Below, piece after piece: positions 1-8,902 of a stretch of DNA of 13,375 nucleotides (positions are counted from its first letter, which is position 1; every line of letters begins with the position of its first letter). Both the position numbers and the translations under genes were made by a program. The notes beneath the pieces are model-generated. The model saw only the letters and a list, made by a program, of their open reading frames with translations, did not search any database and was not told where the DNA came from. Source of the DNA: an uncultured bacterium (lineage in GTDB: Bacteria; Caldisericota; Caldisericia; B22-G15); contig CBFDTJ010000040.1 of NCBI GenBank assembly GCA_965612865.1, positions 1-13,375 of the forward strand. Direction: 5' to 3'.

Positions 1-68
1 TTCAAGCAGAAGACGGCATACGAGATCATGCCTAGTCTCGTGGGCTCGGAGATGTGTATAAGAGACAG
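1..68 (+). other. Sequencing artifact: Illumina Nextera P7 adapter + i7 index N706 + Read-2 primer + Tn5 mosaic end
   Basis: 3-26 CAAGCAGAAGACGGCATACGAGAT (P7); 27-34 CATGCCTA (index, reverse complement TAGGCATG); 35-49 GTCTCGTGGGCTCGG; 50-68 AGATGTGTATAAGAGACAG (mosaic end). These match the known Nextera sequences exactly. Confidence 0.99.
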
Positions 69-1499
69 CTTCTTTCAGCCTGGGAGGAGATAAATAAGGA
101 AGAAATAAATACCACTGATGATCTTATAAGCGCTATTGTAAAAGGAAGTCTTATGGGAGCCAGGGGGAATTCAGGAGTAATTCTTTCTCAAATATTTAAG
201 GGAATGGGGGAATTCTTAAAAAATAAAGATAAAATAACTGGAAGGGAGTTTGCATTAAGTTTTGTAGAGGGGGTTAACAGAGCATATAAGGCAGTAATAA
301 AACCAGTTGAAGGAACGATACTTACAGTTTCTAAAAGTTTCTCTGTTTCTCTATACGAAAGGGTAAAGGAAGGAGAAAGTTTACATTCTGCATTTCTTCA
401 TGCTATAAAAATAGCCAGAGATACACTTAGAAGGACACCTGATATGCTCAGTGTATTAAAGGAAGCCGGTGTGGTAGATGCTGGTGGTTTTGGTTTTCTT
501 AAATTTGTTGAAGGTGGTTATAGAGCCTTTGGAAGAGAGGAGATTGAAATGGAAAAGATAGAAACCAAAAAGGAAGTTGCAGGAGAGAGAATACTAAAGT
601 ATCCTTTTGACACAGTGCTCCTGGTCCGATCAGATAGTCTAACAGAGGAACTGATAAAGAAAGATTTTAATATAGAGGGAGATTCGCTTATTGTTGGAAA
701 AGAGAGAGATTTGATAAAAATTCACTTCCATACAAAGAAACCTACAGATGTTATTGAATTCTTTATGGACAGAGGAGAGATTGTAAAAATAAATGTAGAG
801 AATATGCAATATGAAGTTGATGAACTTCAGAGGAAAAAAGGCAAAGAGATTGGTATAGTTGCCGTTTCAAGAGGCAAAGGGTTTGAAAAAATGCTTAAAG
901 AGTTAGGAGTTGATGTAATAATAGAAGGTGGACAAACCTTTAATCCTTCAACAAAAGATCTGGTAGAAGCAATAGAAAAGGTGAACGCAAAAAAAATCAT
1001 AGTCTTTCCAAATAATTCCAATGTAATATTCTCTGCTCTTCAGGCAAAGGAACTTACCAATAAGGAAGTGGAAGTCATACCTACCAAATCAATACCTCAA
1101 TGTATATCTGTAGTTTCCAATCTTAATCCAAACTCCTCTTTTGAAGATAATGTTCAAGAAATGATTGAAGTGGCTAAAGAGGTAAAGACTATTGAAGTAA
1201 CAAAAGCTGTAAGATCCTCAATATTTAATGGTAAGGAAATAAAAGCAGGAGAATACATTGCAATTTTTGAAAGTAAAGATGTAAGAACCGGAAAAGATCC
1301 GGAGGAAGCCGCTCTTTCATTGCTGTTAAACCTTGATATTAAATCAGGTACACTCATAACCATATACTATGGTGAAGAAATAGATGAAAACAGAGCAGAG
1401 AAATTTAAGGAAATTGTACAGGAAAAATTCCCAGAAAGTGATGTTGAGGTTTATGAAGGGGGACAGCCTCTGTACCCATATATAATTTCACTGGAGTAA
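69..1499 (+). CDS. fakA: DAK2-domain protein, fatty acid kinase catalytic subunit FakA/YloV family; 5'-truncated (MYKRQ at 54-68 is adapter)
   Basis: Motifs GARGNSGVILSQ, KPVEGTILTV, LKEAGVVDAGG, KIHFHT, GGQTFNPS, FPNNSN and the C-terminal GGQPLYPYIISLE. Lies directly upstream of a DegV gene. The N-terminal NVFPVPDGDTG region is missing because of the contig end. Confidence 0.93.
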   Translation, partial: LLSAWEEINKEEINTTDDLISAIVKGSLMGARGNSGVILSQIFKGMGEFLKNKDKITGREFALSFVEGVNRAYKAVIKPVEGTILTVSKSFSVSLYERVKEGESLHSAFLHAIKIARDTLRRTPDMLSVLKEAGVVDAGGFGFLKFVEGGYRAFGREEIEMEKIETKKEVAGERILKYPFDTVLLVRSDSLTEELIKKDFNIEGDSLIVGKERDLIKIHFHTKKPTDVIEFFMDRGEIVKINVENMQYEVDELQRKKGKEIGIVAVSRGKGFEKMLKELGVDVIIEGGQTFNPSTKDLVEAIEKVNAKKIIVFPNNSNVIFSALQAKELTNKEVEVIPTKSIPQCISVVSNLNPNSSFEDNVQEMIEVAKEVKTIEVTKAVRSSIFNGKEIKAGEYIAIFESKDVRTGKDPEEAALSLLLNLDIKSGTLITIYYGEEIDENRAEKFKEIVQEKFPESDVEVYEGGQPLYPYIISLE

Positions 1500-1501
1500 A
1501 A

Positions 1502-2353
1502 ATGATAAGGGTTGTCATCGACTCATCTTGCGATTTACCAGATGAGTTTATAAAAGAAAAACGAATTGAAGTGGTTCCTCTATATCTCAGAGTAGGGAAT
1601 AAATTCCTGAGAGATAGAATGGATATAACTCCACAGGAGTCGTTTGACCTAATGAGAAAGGGGTACAAACTGTTTACATCTCAACCTACAGTTTCGGATT
1701 TCACAAGGGTTTACAAAAGGATTCTCTCGGCCGGGGATGAAATTATAACGGTTCTCATTACAGGAAAAGGTTCTGGCACTGTCAATGTGGCAAGAATTGC
1801 AATGGAAGAAGTTAGTAAAGATAGAATTTCCATTGTTGATTCAACTCAGATATCTGGTGGGATTGGTTTTGTTGCAAAGAAGATAGTTTCTCTTATTGAA
1901 CAGGGTCTGCCAAGAGAGAAAATACTGAGCCTGGTGGATAGAATAATATCAAATATCCATTTATTTATCGCCCTTGACACAATTAAGTTTACATATGCAG
2001 GTGGTAGGGTTAATGATATTAAGAATTTTGTCACCACTGTACTCAATATAAAGCCAATTCTTATAATGAGAGATGGACTACCAAGGCTCTTAAGAGTAGT
2101 TAGAGGAAGGAAAAAGTCCTTGAAATTTATAACAAACCTTGTGCTAAACAAGATTAAAGAGGAGTCCAAAAAATTTGAAATAGCTTTCCTCCACGCTGAT
2201 TCCTATGAAGATGTATCAAAGGTGAGAGAGGAGATACTTTCCAGAGTGAAACCAGAATTTGAATTTACAAAAATTATAGGTAGTGCTCTCGGTGTACACG
2301 CAGGACCGGGAGCTCTTGGTGTCTGTATTTATTTTAGAGAGGAGGAATTATGA
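1502..2353 (+). CDS. degV: DegV family fatty-acid-binding protein (FakB-like)
   Basis: Motifs DSSCDLP, TSQP, SGT, IVDS, GGR, LNIKPIL and GVHAGPG; 283 aa; starts 2 bp after the fakA stop. Confidence 0.95.
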   Translation: MIRVVIDSSCDLPDEFIKEKRIEVVPLYLRVGNKFLRDRMDITPQESFDLMRKGYKLFTSQPTVSDFTRVYKRILSAGDEIITVLITGKGSGTVNVARIAMEEVSKDRISIVDSTQISGGIGFVAKKIVSLIEQGLPREKILSLVDRIISNIHLFIALDTIKFTYAGGRVNDIKNFVTTVLNIKPILIMRDGLPRLLRVVRGRKKSLKFITNLVLNKIKEESKKFEIAFLHADSYEDVSKVREEILSRVKPEFEFTKIIGSALGVHAGPGALGVCIYFREEEL

Positions 2354-4704
2354 AAAATTTTGAACTCAAACCTGAAAGGCTAAAAAATACATGTAATCCC
2401 GATATATTCAGTTTTAATACAACTGAGGAACTTGAACCTCTCAAGGGAGTTATAAACCAGGAAAGAGCCCTGAGCGCCATAAATTTCTCCCTCGGGATAA
2501 AGAACTCTGGATTCAATCTTTTTATATCTGGACTCCCCGGTTCTGGAAGAACATCCATCGTTAGAAAAATCGTAGAGGAAAAAGCAATTAAGGAAAAAAC
2601 ACCAGATGATTGGTGTTATGTTCACAATTTTACCAATCCTGACAATCCTTCTGCTATTAGGTTTCCTGCAGGTAAAGGTGCACTCTTTGTAAATGATATG
2701 GAAGATTTTATAAACACTGTAAGAAAAACAATCCCGAAAGCATTTGAGTCTGAAGAATACGAGAAAAAGAGAGCAGAAGTTATAAAGAAATTTCAGGAAG
2801 AAAAAGAAAAACTCTTAAGAGATGTAGAGGAACTTGCAAGAAAAAGAGGGTTTTTGATACAGGTAACTCCTACTGGGGTAGCTACAATTCCACTCTTTGA
2901 TGGAAAACCACTAAAACCAGAGGATCTTCAGAAAATATCCCCAGAGGAGCAAAAAAGAATCCAGGAGGAAGGACATAAACTACTTGAAGAGATAAATAAA
3001 ATTCTCATAAAAGTAAAAAGGATAGATAAAAAGATAATGGAGAGTCTGCAAGAATTAGATGTAGAAGTGGCAGTTTTTTCCATAGGACACCTCCTCCAGG
3101 ATTTAAAGGGAAAATATAAGGACATTCCTGAGGTTCTTGACTATCTTGAAAATGTTAAGGAAGATATAATTTCACACCTTGATAAGTTTAAAGTTCCCAA
3201 GGCAGAAGATGAAGACTTCTATAAGAGATATAAAATTAACCTTGTAGTTGATAATTCTAATACAAAAGGTGCACCAGTAATATTTGAGACAAATCCCTCT
3301 TACTTTAATCTGTTTGGCGGTATAGAGTATGAAGCTAAAATGGGGGTAATGGTAACCAATTTTAACCTCATAAAGGCAGGGGCTATACATAGAGCCAATG
3401 GTGGATATCTAATAATAAATGCTATGGATTTACTCACAACTCCTTTCTCATGGGATACTTTAAAGAGAACTCTCAAGAACGGAGAATCAAGAATTGAAAA
3501 TCTCGGTGAACAGTATAGACTGGTCCTTACCAAGACCATAAAACCTGAACCAATACCTATAAATTTGAAGGTTATCCTCATAGGGACTCCTTACCTTTAC
3601 TACCTTTTATATCATTATGATGAAGATTTTAAAAAACTTTTTAAGGTAAGGGCAGATTTTGACACATCCATGGACAGAACACCTGACAATATGAAAGCAT
3701 ACGCCTCTTTCATAAGTAGCTTTGTGAGAAGAGAGAATCTGAGGCACCTGACAAAGGAAGCAGTTTCTGAAGTTATAGATTATGGTTCAAGATTGGTAGA
3801 GGACCAGAAAAAAATTACAACAAGATTTCAGTATATATGCGATATTATAAGTGAAGCTGATTACTGGGCAGGTGAAGACAACAGTAACTATATTGATAGA
3901 AAGCATGTAAAGAAAGCCATTGAAGAGAAAGAGTTTAGATCGAATCTTATTGAGAAAAGAATTCAAGAGTTAATAAAGAGAGGTGTAATACTTATAGACA
4001 CAGAAGGGAAAAAGGTGGGACAGATAAATGGAATATCTATAATTCAGCTGGGGGATTACGAATTTGGAAAACCAAGTAGAATTACTGCAAACATTCATAT
4101 GGGAAACAAGGGTGTAATAAACATAGAGAGGGAAGTGAAGCTTTCTGGAAGAATACATAACAAGGGAGTACTCATACTCTCAGGTTTTCTTGGAGAGAGA
4201 TATGCCAAGGATAAACCTCTCTCCCTCTCTGCAACTTTAACTTTTGAGCAACTATATGAAGAAGTGGAAGGCGATAGTGCTTCAAGTGCAGAACTCTATG
4301 CTCTTCTTTCAGCAATTGGAAATATCCCTTTAAAACAGAATCTTGCAGTTACTGGATCTGTGAATCAGAAAGGTGAAATCCAGCCCGTAGGAGGAGTAAA
4401 TAGAAAAATTGAAGGTTTCTTTGATACCTGTAAAGTTAAAGGTCTCACAGGAGAACAAGGGGTCATCATTCCTTACGAAAATATAGATGACTTGATGCTT
4501 AAGGATGAGGTTATAGAAGCGGTAAGAGAGGGAAAATTCCATATTTATGCTGTTAAAACCATTGATGAAGGAATGGAACTTCTAACTGATCTCTCTATGG
4601 ATGAGATAAATGAGAGAGTTAATAAATCTCTCCACGAGCTTGCAATGGGTTTAAAGAGGTTTGGAGAAAAGGAGAAAGGTGAAGATAAAAACAAAAAGTC
4701 CTGA
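2350..4704 (+). CDS. Lon-like protease, LonC/YcbZ type (AAA-like domain + peptidase S16)
   Basis: DWCYVHNF, GAIHRANGGYL, GQING, catalytic Ser in EGDSASSAE (codon 4276-4278) and Lys in VGGVNRKIEGF (4405-4407), 43 residues apart as in the Lon dyad. Walker A-like GLPGSGRT. ATGA overlap with degV. Confidence 0.92.
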   Translation: MKNFELKPERLKNTCNPDIFSFNTTEELEPLKGVINQERALSAINFSLGIKNSGFNLFISGLPGSGRTSIVRKIVEEKAIKEKTPDDWCYVHNFTNPDNPSAIRFPAGKGALFVNDMEDFINTVRKTIPKAFESEEYEKKRAEVIKKFQEEKEKLLRDVEELARKRGFLIQVTPTGVATIPLFDGKPLKPEDLQKISPEEQKRIQEEGHKLLEEINKILIKVKRIDKKIMESLQELDVEVAVFSIGHLLQDLKGKYKDIPEVLDYLENVKEDIISHLDKFKVPKAEDEDFYKRYKINLVVDNSNTKGAPVIFETNPSYFNLFGGIEYEAKMGVMVTNFNLIKAGAIHRANGGYLIINAMDLLTTPFSWDTLKRTLKNGESRIENLGEQYRLVLTKTIKPEPIPINLKVILIGTPYLYYLLYHYDEDFKKLFKVRADFDTSMDRTPDNMKAYASFISSFVRRENLRHLTKEAVSEVIDYGSRLVEDQKKITTRFQYICDIISEADYWAGEDNSNYIDRKHVKKAIEEKEFRSNLIEKRIQELIKRGVILIDTEGKKVGQINGISIIQLGDYEFGKPSRITANIHMGNKGVINIEREVKLSGRIHNKGVLILSGFLGERYAKDKPLSLSATLTFEQLYEEVEGDSASSAELYALLSAIGNIPLKQNLAVTGSVNQKGEIQPVGGVNRKIEGFFDTCKVKGLTGEQGVIIPYENIDDLMLKDEVIEAVREGKFHIYAVKTIDEGMELLTDLSMDEINERVNKSLHELAMGLKRFGEKEKGEDKNKKS

Positions 4705-5098
4705 AGAAACTGAAAGGGCTGGTGAGGAGTTTGGAAAAAGATTAAAAACTGGAGATGTTGTTCTGGTAATAGGAGAACTGGGAGCAGGAAAATCTGTATT
4801 TATAAGAGGTATAGCAAAAGGACTTAAAGTAAAAGAGATTGTAAAATCACCCTCTTTTGTTATAATCCAGGAATTTGAAGGGAAATACCCATTTTACCAT
4901 GTTGATCTCTACAGAGTTAACACCCAGGATACTAGTGAATTGGGAATTTTTGAACTTATGGATAAGGGAATTGTTTGTATTGAGTGGGGCGAAATAATTC
5001 TACCTCTTCTCAAACATGTAAAAAAAATAGTTGTGACCATTAAAAAACTTGAGGGAAATTTGAGGGAGATAGAAATAAATGATACATCTATCAATTAA
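4679..5098 (+). CDS. tsaE: tRNA threonylcarbamoyladenosine biosynthesis ATPase TsaE (start probably GTG 4679; ORF track gives TTG 4661)
   Basis: Walker A GELGAGKS, VKSPSF, YHVDLYR, IEWG; about 140 aa; adjacent to tsaB; GGAG motifs upstream of GTG 4679. Confidence 0.95.
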   Translation: MKIKTKSPEETERAGEEFGKRLKTGDVVLVIGELGAGKSVFIRGIAKGLKVKEIVKSPSFVIIQEFEGKYPFYHVDLYRVNTQDTSELGIFELMDKGIVCIEWGEIILPLLKHVKKIVVTIKKLEGNLREIEINDTSIN

Positions 5099-5687
5099 TA
5101 CAGCTATAGAACCATATGGGATTGGGGTTTTTGAAGATGAAAAATTTCTTGGGGGTTTCCTCTGGGACTTCTCTGAGTCAAAGAAGAATCTGCACTTTGT
5201 ATTTTTAGAGTCGTTACTAAATGACCTTAAAATTTCTCGTGAAGATTTTAAGTTTATAACTATAGTGGGTGGTCCTGGGAGTTTTACAGGTTTAAGGATT
5301 GGTTTTACAGTGGCAAAGGCTATAGGATTTGTAAGAGGAATTCCTCTTGTTGTTCCATCAACCTTTGAAGTCCTAAAATATGTGGTAAAGATGGACGGAC
5401 TGTTTGTAATTAATGCAGGACTTGGAGAGGTCTTTGTATCTGATGGTCACAAGGTAGACATTATGAAATTTGAGGATTTAAAAAGAGTGAACGGAATTCT
5501 AATTTTTCCCGAAAGAAATCTTTTTATTAGGGCTGGTAAAGGTATAAATATTACTATTCCTATAAGTGAGGTTGGGAAAATTGGATTTTACAAATATAAT
5601 AAGGGAGAAATAATTGACTATAAAAACGCTCTCCCATATTATATGAGAGATACGAAAGAAATATTTAAACCATACAAGGAGGAATAA
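5079..5687 (+). CDS. tsaB: tRNA threonylcarbamoyladenosine biosynthesis protein TsaB
   Basis: Signature GGPGSFTGLRIG, N-terminal LSINTA, C-terminal LPYYMR; 20-bp overlap with tsaE. Confidence 0.93.
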   Translation: MIHLSINTAIEPYGIGVFEDEKFLGGFLWDFSESKKNLHFVFLESLLNDLKISREDFKFITIVGGPGSFTGLRIGFTVAKAIGFVRGIPLVVPSTFEVLKYVVKMDGLFVINAGLGEVFVSDGHKVDIMKFEDLKRVNGILIFPERNLFIRAGKGINITIPISEVGKIGFYKYNKGEIIDYKNALPYYMRDTKEIFKPYKEE

Positions 5688-5688
5688 G

Positions 5689-6624
5689 TTGGATAGAAAC
5701 AAAATTATAAGTGAGATTGAGAGAAAACGTGGTTCAAAAGTAATATCTTATTTTCTTGGACCTAATTCGAAAATAGCAGCTGATGCTGTTGAGGTTCTGT
5801 TTAAACACTTAAAAATTGTTGGTAAAGTAAAAAATCTGGATCTCTATCTTCACACTACAGGGGGACTGCTTGAAATTCCGCTAAAAATAGTTTATCTTAT
5901 GAGGGAATTTTCTGAGAAATTCTCTGTGATAATACCCTACAGAGCACACTCTGCAGGAACTCTTATCTCTCTTGGAGCAGATGAAATAGTAATGGGAAAG
6001 ATGAGTGAATTTACACCTGTAGACCCTCAAACAATGACTCCTCTAAATCCGAAGGGAGCCAAAGGAAATGTTATAACGGTTGCAGTTCAGGATCTTATAT
6101 CATTTTTTAATTTCCTGGATGAAATTGGAGTAAAAAATAAAGAAGAAATAGTAGTTAACCTTACAAACCTTCTTCATCCACTTGTTGTTGGAACTGTTAA
6201 CAGGTCTTGGAGTCTCATAAAACTCATAATAGACAAACTTTTGACTTTAAGTGGGCATAAAGAAGAAGAGAAAAAAAGAATTATAGATCTTCTCTCTGGA
6301 GGATTACCATCCCATAGATACCTTATTACAAGATGGGAGGCAAGAGAAATCCTGGGAGATAGAGTAAAATTTGCCGATGAAGAACTTGATGAGCTAATGT
6401 GGGAGCTTTACGAAATGTATAAGGTAGCCCTCAATCCGTTTACTCCATATACAAAGGATCCAAGAACTGGAAGAGAGATAAGGAGAGTAACGGCTGCTAT
6501 TATAGAGACTTCTAACTCTGGCTCACATTTTATACAGACTCTGGAAAAGAGAATTCATCCTGATGGAAAGGTGGAAGAACTTCCTCTTCAGGGAGGATGG
6601 GTGGACTTTAAGCTTCCTCGCTAA
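5689..6624 (+). CDS. SDH-family (serine dehydrogenase proteinase, ClpP/crotonase-fold) serine protease
   Basis: DLYLHTTGG, AHSAGTLISLGADEIVMG (Ser), PVDPQ (Asp), SHRYLITRWEA (His). TTG start with RBS AAGGAGGA at 5676-5683. Confidence 0.85.
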   Translation: MDRNKIISEIERKRGSKVISYFLGPNSKIAADAVEVLFKHLKIVGKVKNLDLYLHTTGGLLEIPLKIVYLMREFSEKFSVIIPYRAHSAGTLISLGADEIVMGKMSEFTPVDPQTMTPLNPKGAKGNVITVAVQDLISFFNFLDEIGVKNKEEIVVNLTNLLHPLVVGTVNRSWSLIKLIIDKLLTLSGHKEEEKKRIIDLLSGGLPSHRYLITRWEAREILGDRVKFADEELDELMWELYEMYKVALNPFTPYTKDPRTGREIRRVTAAIIETSNSGSHFIQTLEKRIHPDGKVEELPLQGGWVDFKLPR

Positions 6625-7306
6625 CCTTCCTTTTCTCAACAAATCTTTTCAAAAAAATTGATATGGGTACGCACAATACAACAGCTACAATTGCTTCTGG
6701 TATACCCTGCACTATTCCAATGGTTACAGCTTGTTGAAGATTGAATATCTTAAACACAACAGCAAGGCCAAGAGTTATAACTGTATTTGTAATACTGCCT
6801 ATTATTGAAGCAAAGGTCATAGATGAAATCAAAGGATCTGTTTTAAAAAGTGTATAAAATATGATAGCCGCAAGTACAAAGGATAAAACAGAGGAAAGAT
6901 ACTTATTGTAGTTTCTAAAGATCCAGAGAAACATCAAAAAGAAAATTAGAGAAAGAAGTATACTTGAATAAGGCAAGCTTCTTTCTCTTTCCCTTTTTAA
7001 GAGTTTATACATAAACTGAAATGAAAGCGCAGCAAAAACTCCGATAAGTGGCCTTGCAGGAAATAAAACCCATATTGGAGCAATTGAAGAAAAATAATAA
7101 ATAGCTGATAGTCCAAAAATCGTACCAACAAGAGCACCAACTTTTGCGCCAAGTACAATTCCTGAAATTATAACCGGTATGTGCATAAGAGTTGCGGCGC
7201 CTGCTGGTGTGGGAACAGTTATGTACCCTAAGTATGTAAATCCAAGAATTATTGTTATTGCTCCAAGTACACCCCCCATGGTTATCTCTCTTGTAGTTAA
7301 TCTCAT
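6608..7306 (-). CDS. ECF transporter S component (PanT-like; substrate uncertain)
   Basis: Very hydrophobic; LGYITVP...ATLMHIPVIISGIVLG...G.FG, RPLIG, SITNTV and GIPEAIVA motifs. RBS AAGGAGGAG at 7311-7319 (- strand). Confidence 0.85.
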   Translation of the reverse strand: MRLTTREITMGGVLGAITIILGFTYLGYITVPTPAGAATLMHIPVIISGIVLGAKVGALVGTIFGLSAIYYFSSIAPIWVLFPARPLIGVFAALSFQFMYKLLKRERERSLPYSSILLSLIFFLMFLWIFRNYNKYLSSVLSFVLAAIIFYTLFKTDPLISSMTFASIIGSITNTVITLGLAVVFKIFNLQQAVTIGIVQGIPEAIVAVVLCVPISIFLKRFVEKRKVSEEA

Positions 7307-7341
7307 TCTTCTCCTCCTTTGAGAGATAGACTGTTAAGTTA

Positions 7342-7370
7342 AGTTTATCAGACTATCCCATAAATTTAAA
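7342..7370 (-). promoter_or_regulatory. Possible internal sigma70-type promoter for the ECF S component
   Basis: On the - strand: TTTAAA (7370-7365), 17-bp spacer, TGn-extended TAAACT (7347-7342). The AT-rich background weakens this call. Confidence 0.3.
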
Positions 7371-7904
7371 TTTCTTTATTTGAAGCAAATAATCTTCCTC
7401 TGGAGAAATTCTCTCAAGTATTGCTGGAGTATCTACTTCTACAAATTCCACTTCTTTCTCTTCTATAAAATCTCTCATGGTTTTTTCATCTGGATAATTA
7501 ATAATTTCCTTGGCTCCTTTTCTTGAAAACAGGAAAGGGTGTCCCAAAAGACCCATAAATACTGGGATAGACATAATTTTTGGCTTAGATAGAATAAGTT
7601 TCTCAACTACCTCTTTATCAATAATGGGCTGATTGCCAAGACATACAAGAATCCAGTTCAGTTGCCACTTAGCAATCTCTTTTATTCCTGCTTTTAGAGA
7701 ACAAAGAATTCCGCTACTTTCAGATATGGTTACCACTTCTACATCGCTTCTTTTTCTGAAGTCACTTAATTCTTTACATACTACAACCACCACTTTCTCT
7801 GGCTCAAGTTTCAACACATTATCTATGGTGGTTTCAAGCACACTCCTTTCTACAATAAGTTTTCCTTTTCTCCTGCCGGCAAGAATTATAGAGCCAAATC
7901 CCAT
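7353..7904 (-). CDS. MocA/MobA-like nucleotidyltransferase family protein (NTP_transf_3), degenerate
   Basis: SIILAG, GILCSLKAG, LGNQP (family norm LGD[QM]P), GLLGHPFLF, C-terminal EEDY; 1-bp overlap with the modC stop. Confidence 0.75.
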   Translation of the reverse strand: MGFGSIILAGRRKGKLIVERSVLETTIDNVLKLEPEKVVVVVCKELSDFRKRSDVEVVTISESSGILCSLKAGIKEIAKWQLNWILVCLGNQPIIDKEVVEKLILSKPKIMSIPVFMGLLGHPFLFSRKGAKEIINYPDEKTMRDFIEEKEVEFVEVDTPAILERISPEEDYLLQIKKFKFMG

Positions 7905-8902
7905 TAGAATATATGTACCTCCTCAGGACTTATCTCAATTACTACCATATCTCCTACTTTAAAGTTCATTCTCTCAAAATCCCTTCTTGGCATTAAGGAA
8001 ACAAGATTAATCCCTACATATATCTCTATTTGATAGAAGGCTCCTCTGTTAGCAATTTCCACAACCTCACCCTCAAACTCGTTCTCTCTCCCCTCTTTTT
8101 TCATTTTGATTATAACATCTTCAGGGCGTACAGCAATATAAACATTATCATGAAATTCCTCTTTAGTTTTAAGTTTAAATCCTGGTTTTATTAAGATGTA
8201 ATGACCTTCTCCAAAACCTTTAAAAATATTTTCGATCTCCACAAATTCAGCAACAAAACGGGACTTCGGTCTTCTAAAAATTTCTGTAGGGGTTCCAATC
8301 TGTTCAAATCTCCCGTTGTTTATTACACCAATTCTATCTGACAGGAAGAGGGCTTCTTCAAAATCATGCGTCACATGAATGACTGTGAGAGAGAGATTCT
8401 TTTTGATTTTTTTTAATTCCAGCCAGATTTTTCTTTTAATCTGGGGATCAAGAGCTGTGGTTGGTTCATCCAAAAGGAGAACTCTCGGATTCCTTACAAG
8501 TGCCCGAGCAAGAGAAACTCTCTGTTTCTCTCCCCCTGAAAGATTCTCCGGATATCTATCAAGTATTCTCTCTATTTTGAGTAACTTAATTATGTCATCT
8601 TTTAAGCAAGCTCCTCCTATAGTTATGTTCTCTCTCACCGTCATGTGTGGAAAAAGAAGATAATCTTGTGGTACATAGCCTATTCCTCTCTTTGCTGGAT
8701 GAAGACGATCTACCCTTTCACCACCAATAATTATCTCTCCCTTATCTATTCTAAATCTTCCGGAGATTGTTTCCAATAAAAGTGTTTTTCCACTACCAGT
8801 AGGTCCAAGAATGGTGAAATACTCTCCCTTTTGTATATGAACCTCTATATTTTTCAGGGAAAAATCACCTAAATTTAAATTAAGGTCTTTAATGATAAGC
8901 AT
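7904..8902 (-). CDS. modC: Molybdate/tungstate ABC transporter ATP-binding protein (ModC/WtpC-like) with C-terminal TOBE domain
   Basis: Walker A GPTGSGKT, Q-loop VPQD, signature LSGGE, Walker B LLLDEP, H-switch VTHD, VRPEDV plus a TOBE-like C-terminus; follows modAB. Confidence 0.88.
   Translation of the reverse strand: MLIIKDLNLNLGDFSLKNIEVHIQKGEYFTILGPTGSGKTLLLETISGRFRIDKGEIIIGGERVDRLHPAKRGIGYVPQDYLLFPHMTVRENITIGGACLKDDIIKLLKIERILDRYPENLSGGEKQRVSLARALVRNPRVLLLDEPTTALDPQIKRKIWLELKKIKKNLSLTVIHVTHDFEEALFLSDRIGVINNGRFEQIGTPTEIFRRPKSRFVAEFVEIENIFKGFGEGHYILIKPGFKLKTKEEFHDNVYIAVRPEDVIIKMKKEGRENEFEGEVVEIANRGAFYQIEIYVGINLVSLMPRRDFERMNFKVGDMVVIEISPEEVHIF

Noticed and set aside
54..68. ATG start and MYKRQ N-terminus of the DAK2 ORF
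   Set aside because: It is a translation of the mosaic end, not genomic sequence.
827..5702. Short minus-strand ORFs (827..1021 through 5499..5702)
   Set aside because: They are antisense shadows of well-supported + strand genes, with no recognisable motifs.
7307..7352. Vitamin riboswitch in front of the ECF S component
   Set aside because: Only 46 bp, largely RBS plus a possible -10 element; no aptamer motifs.
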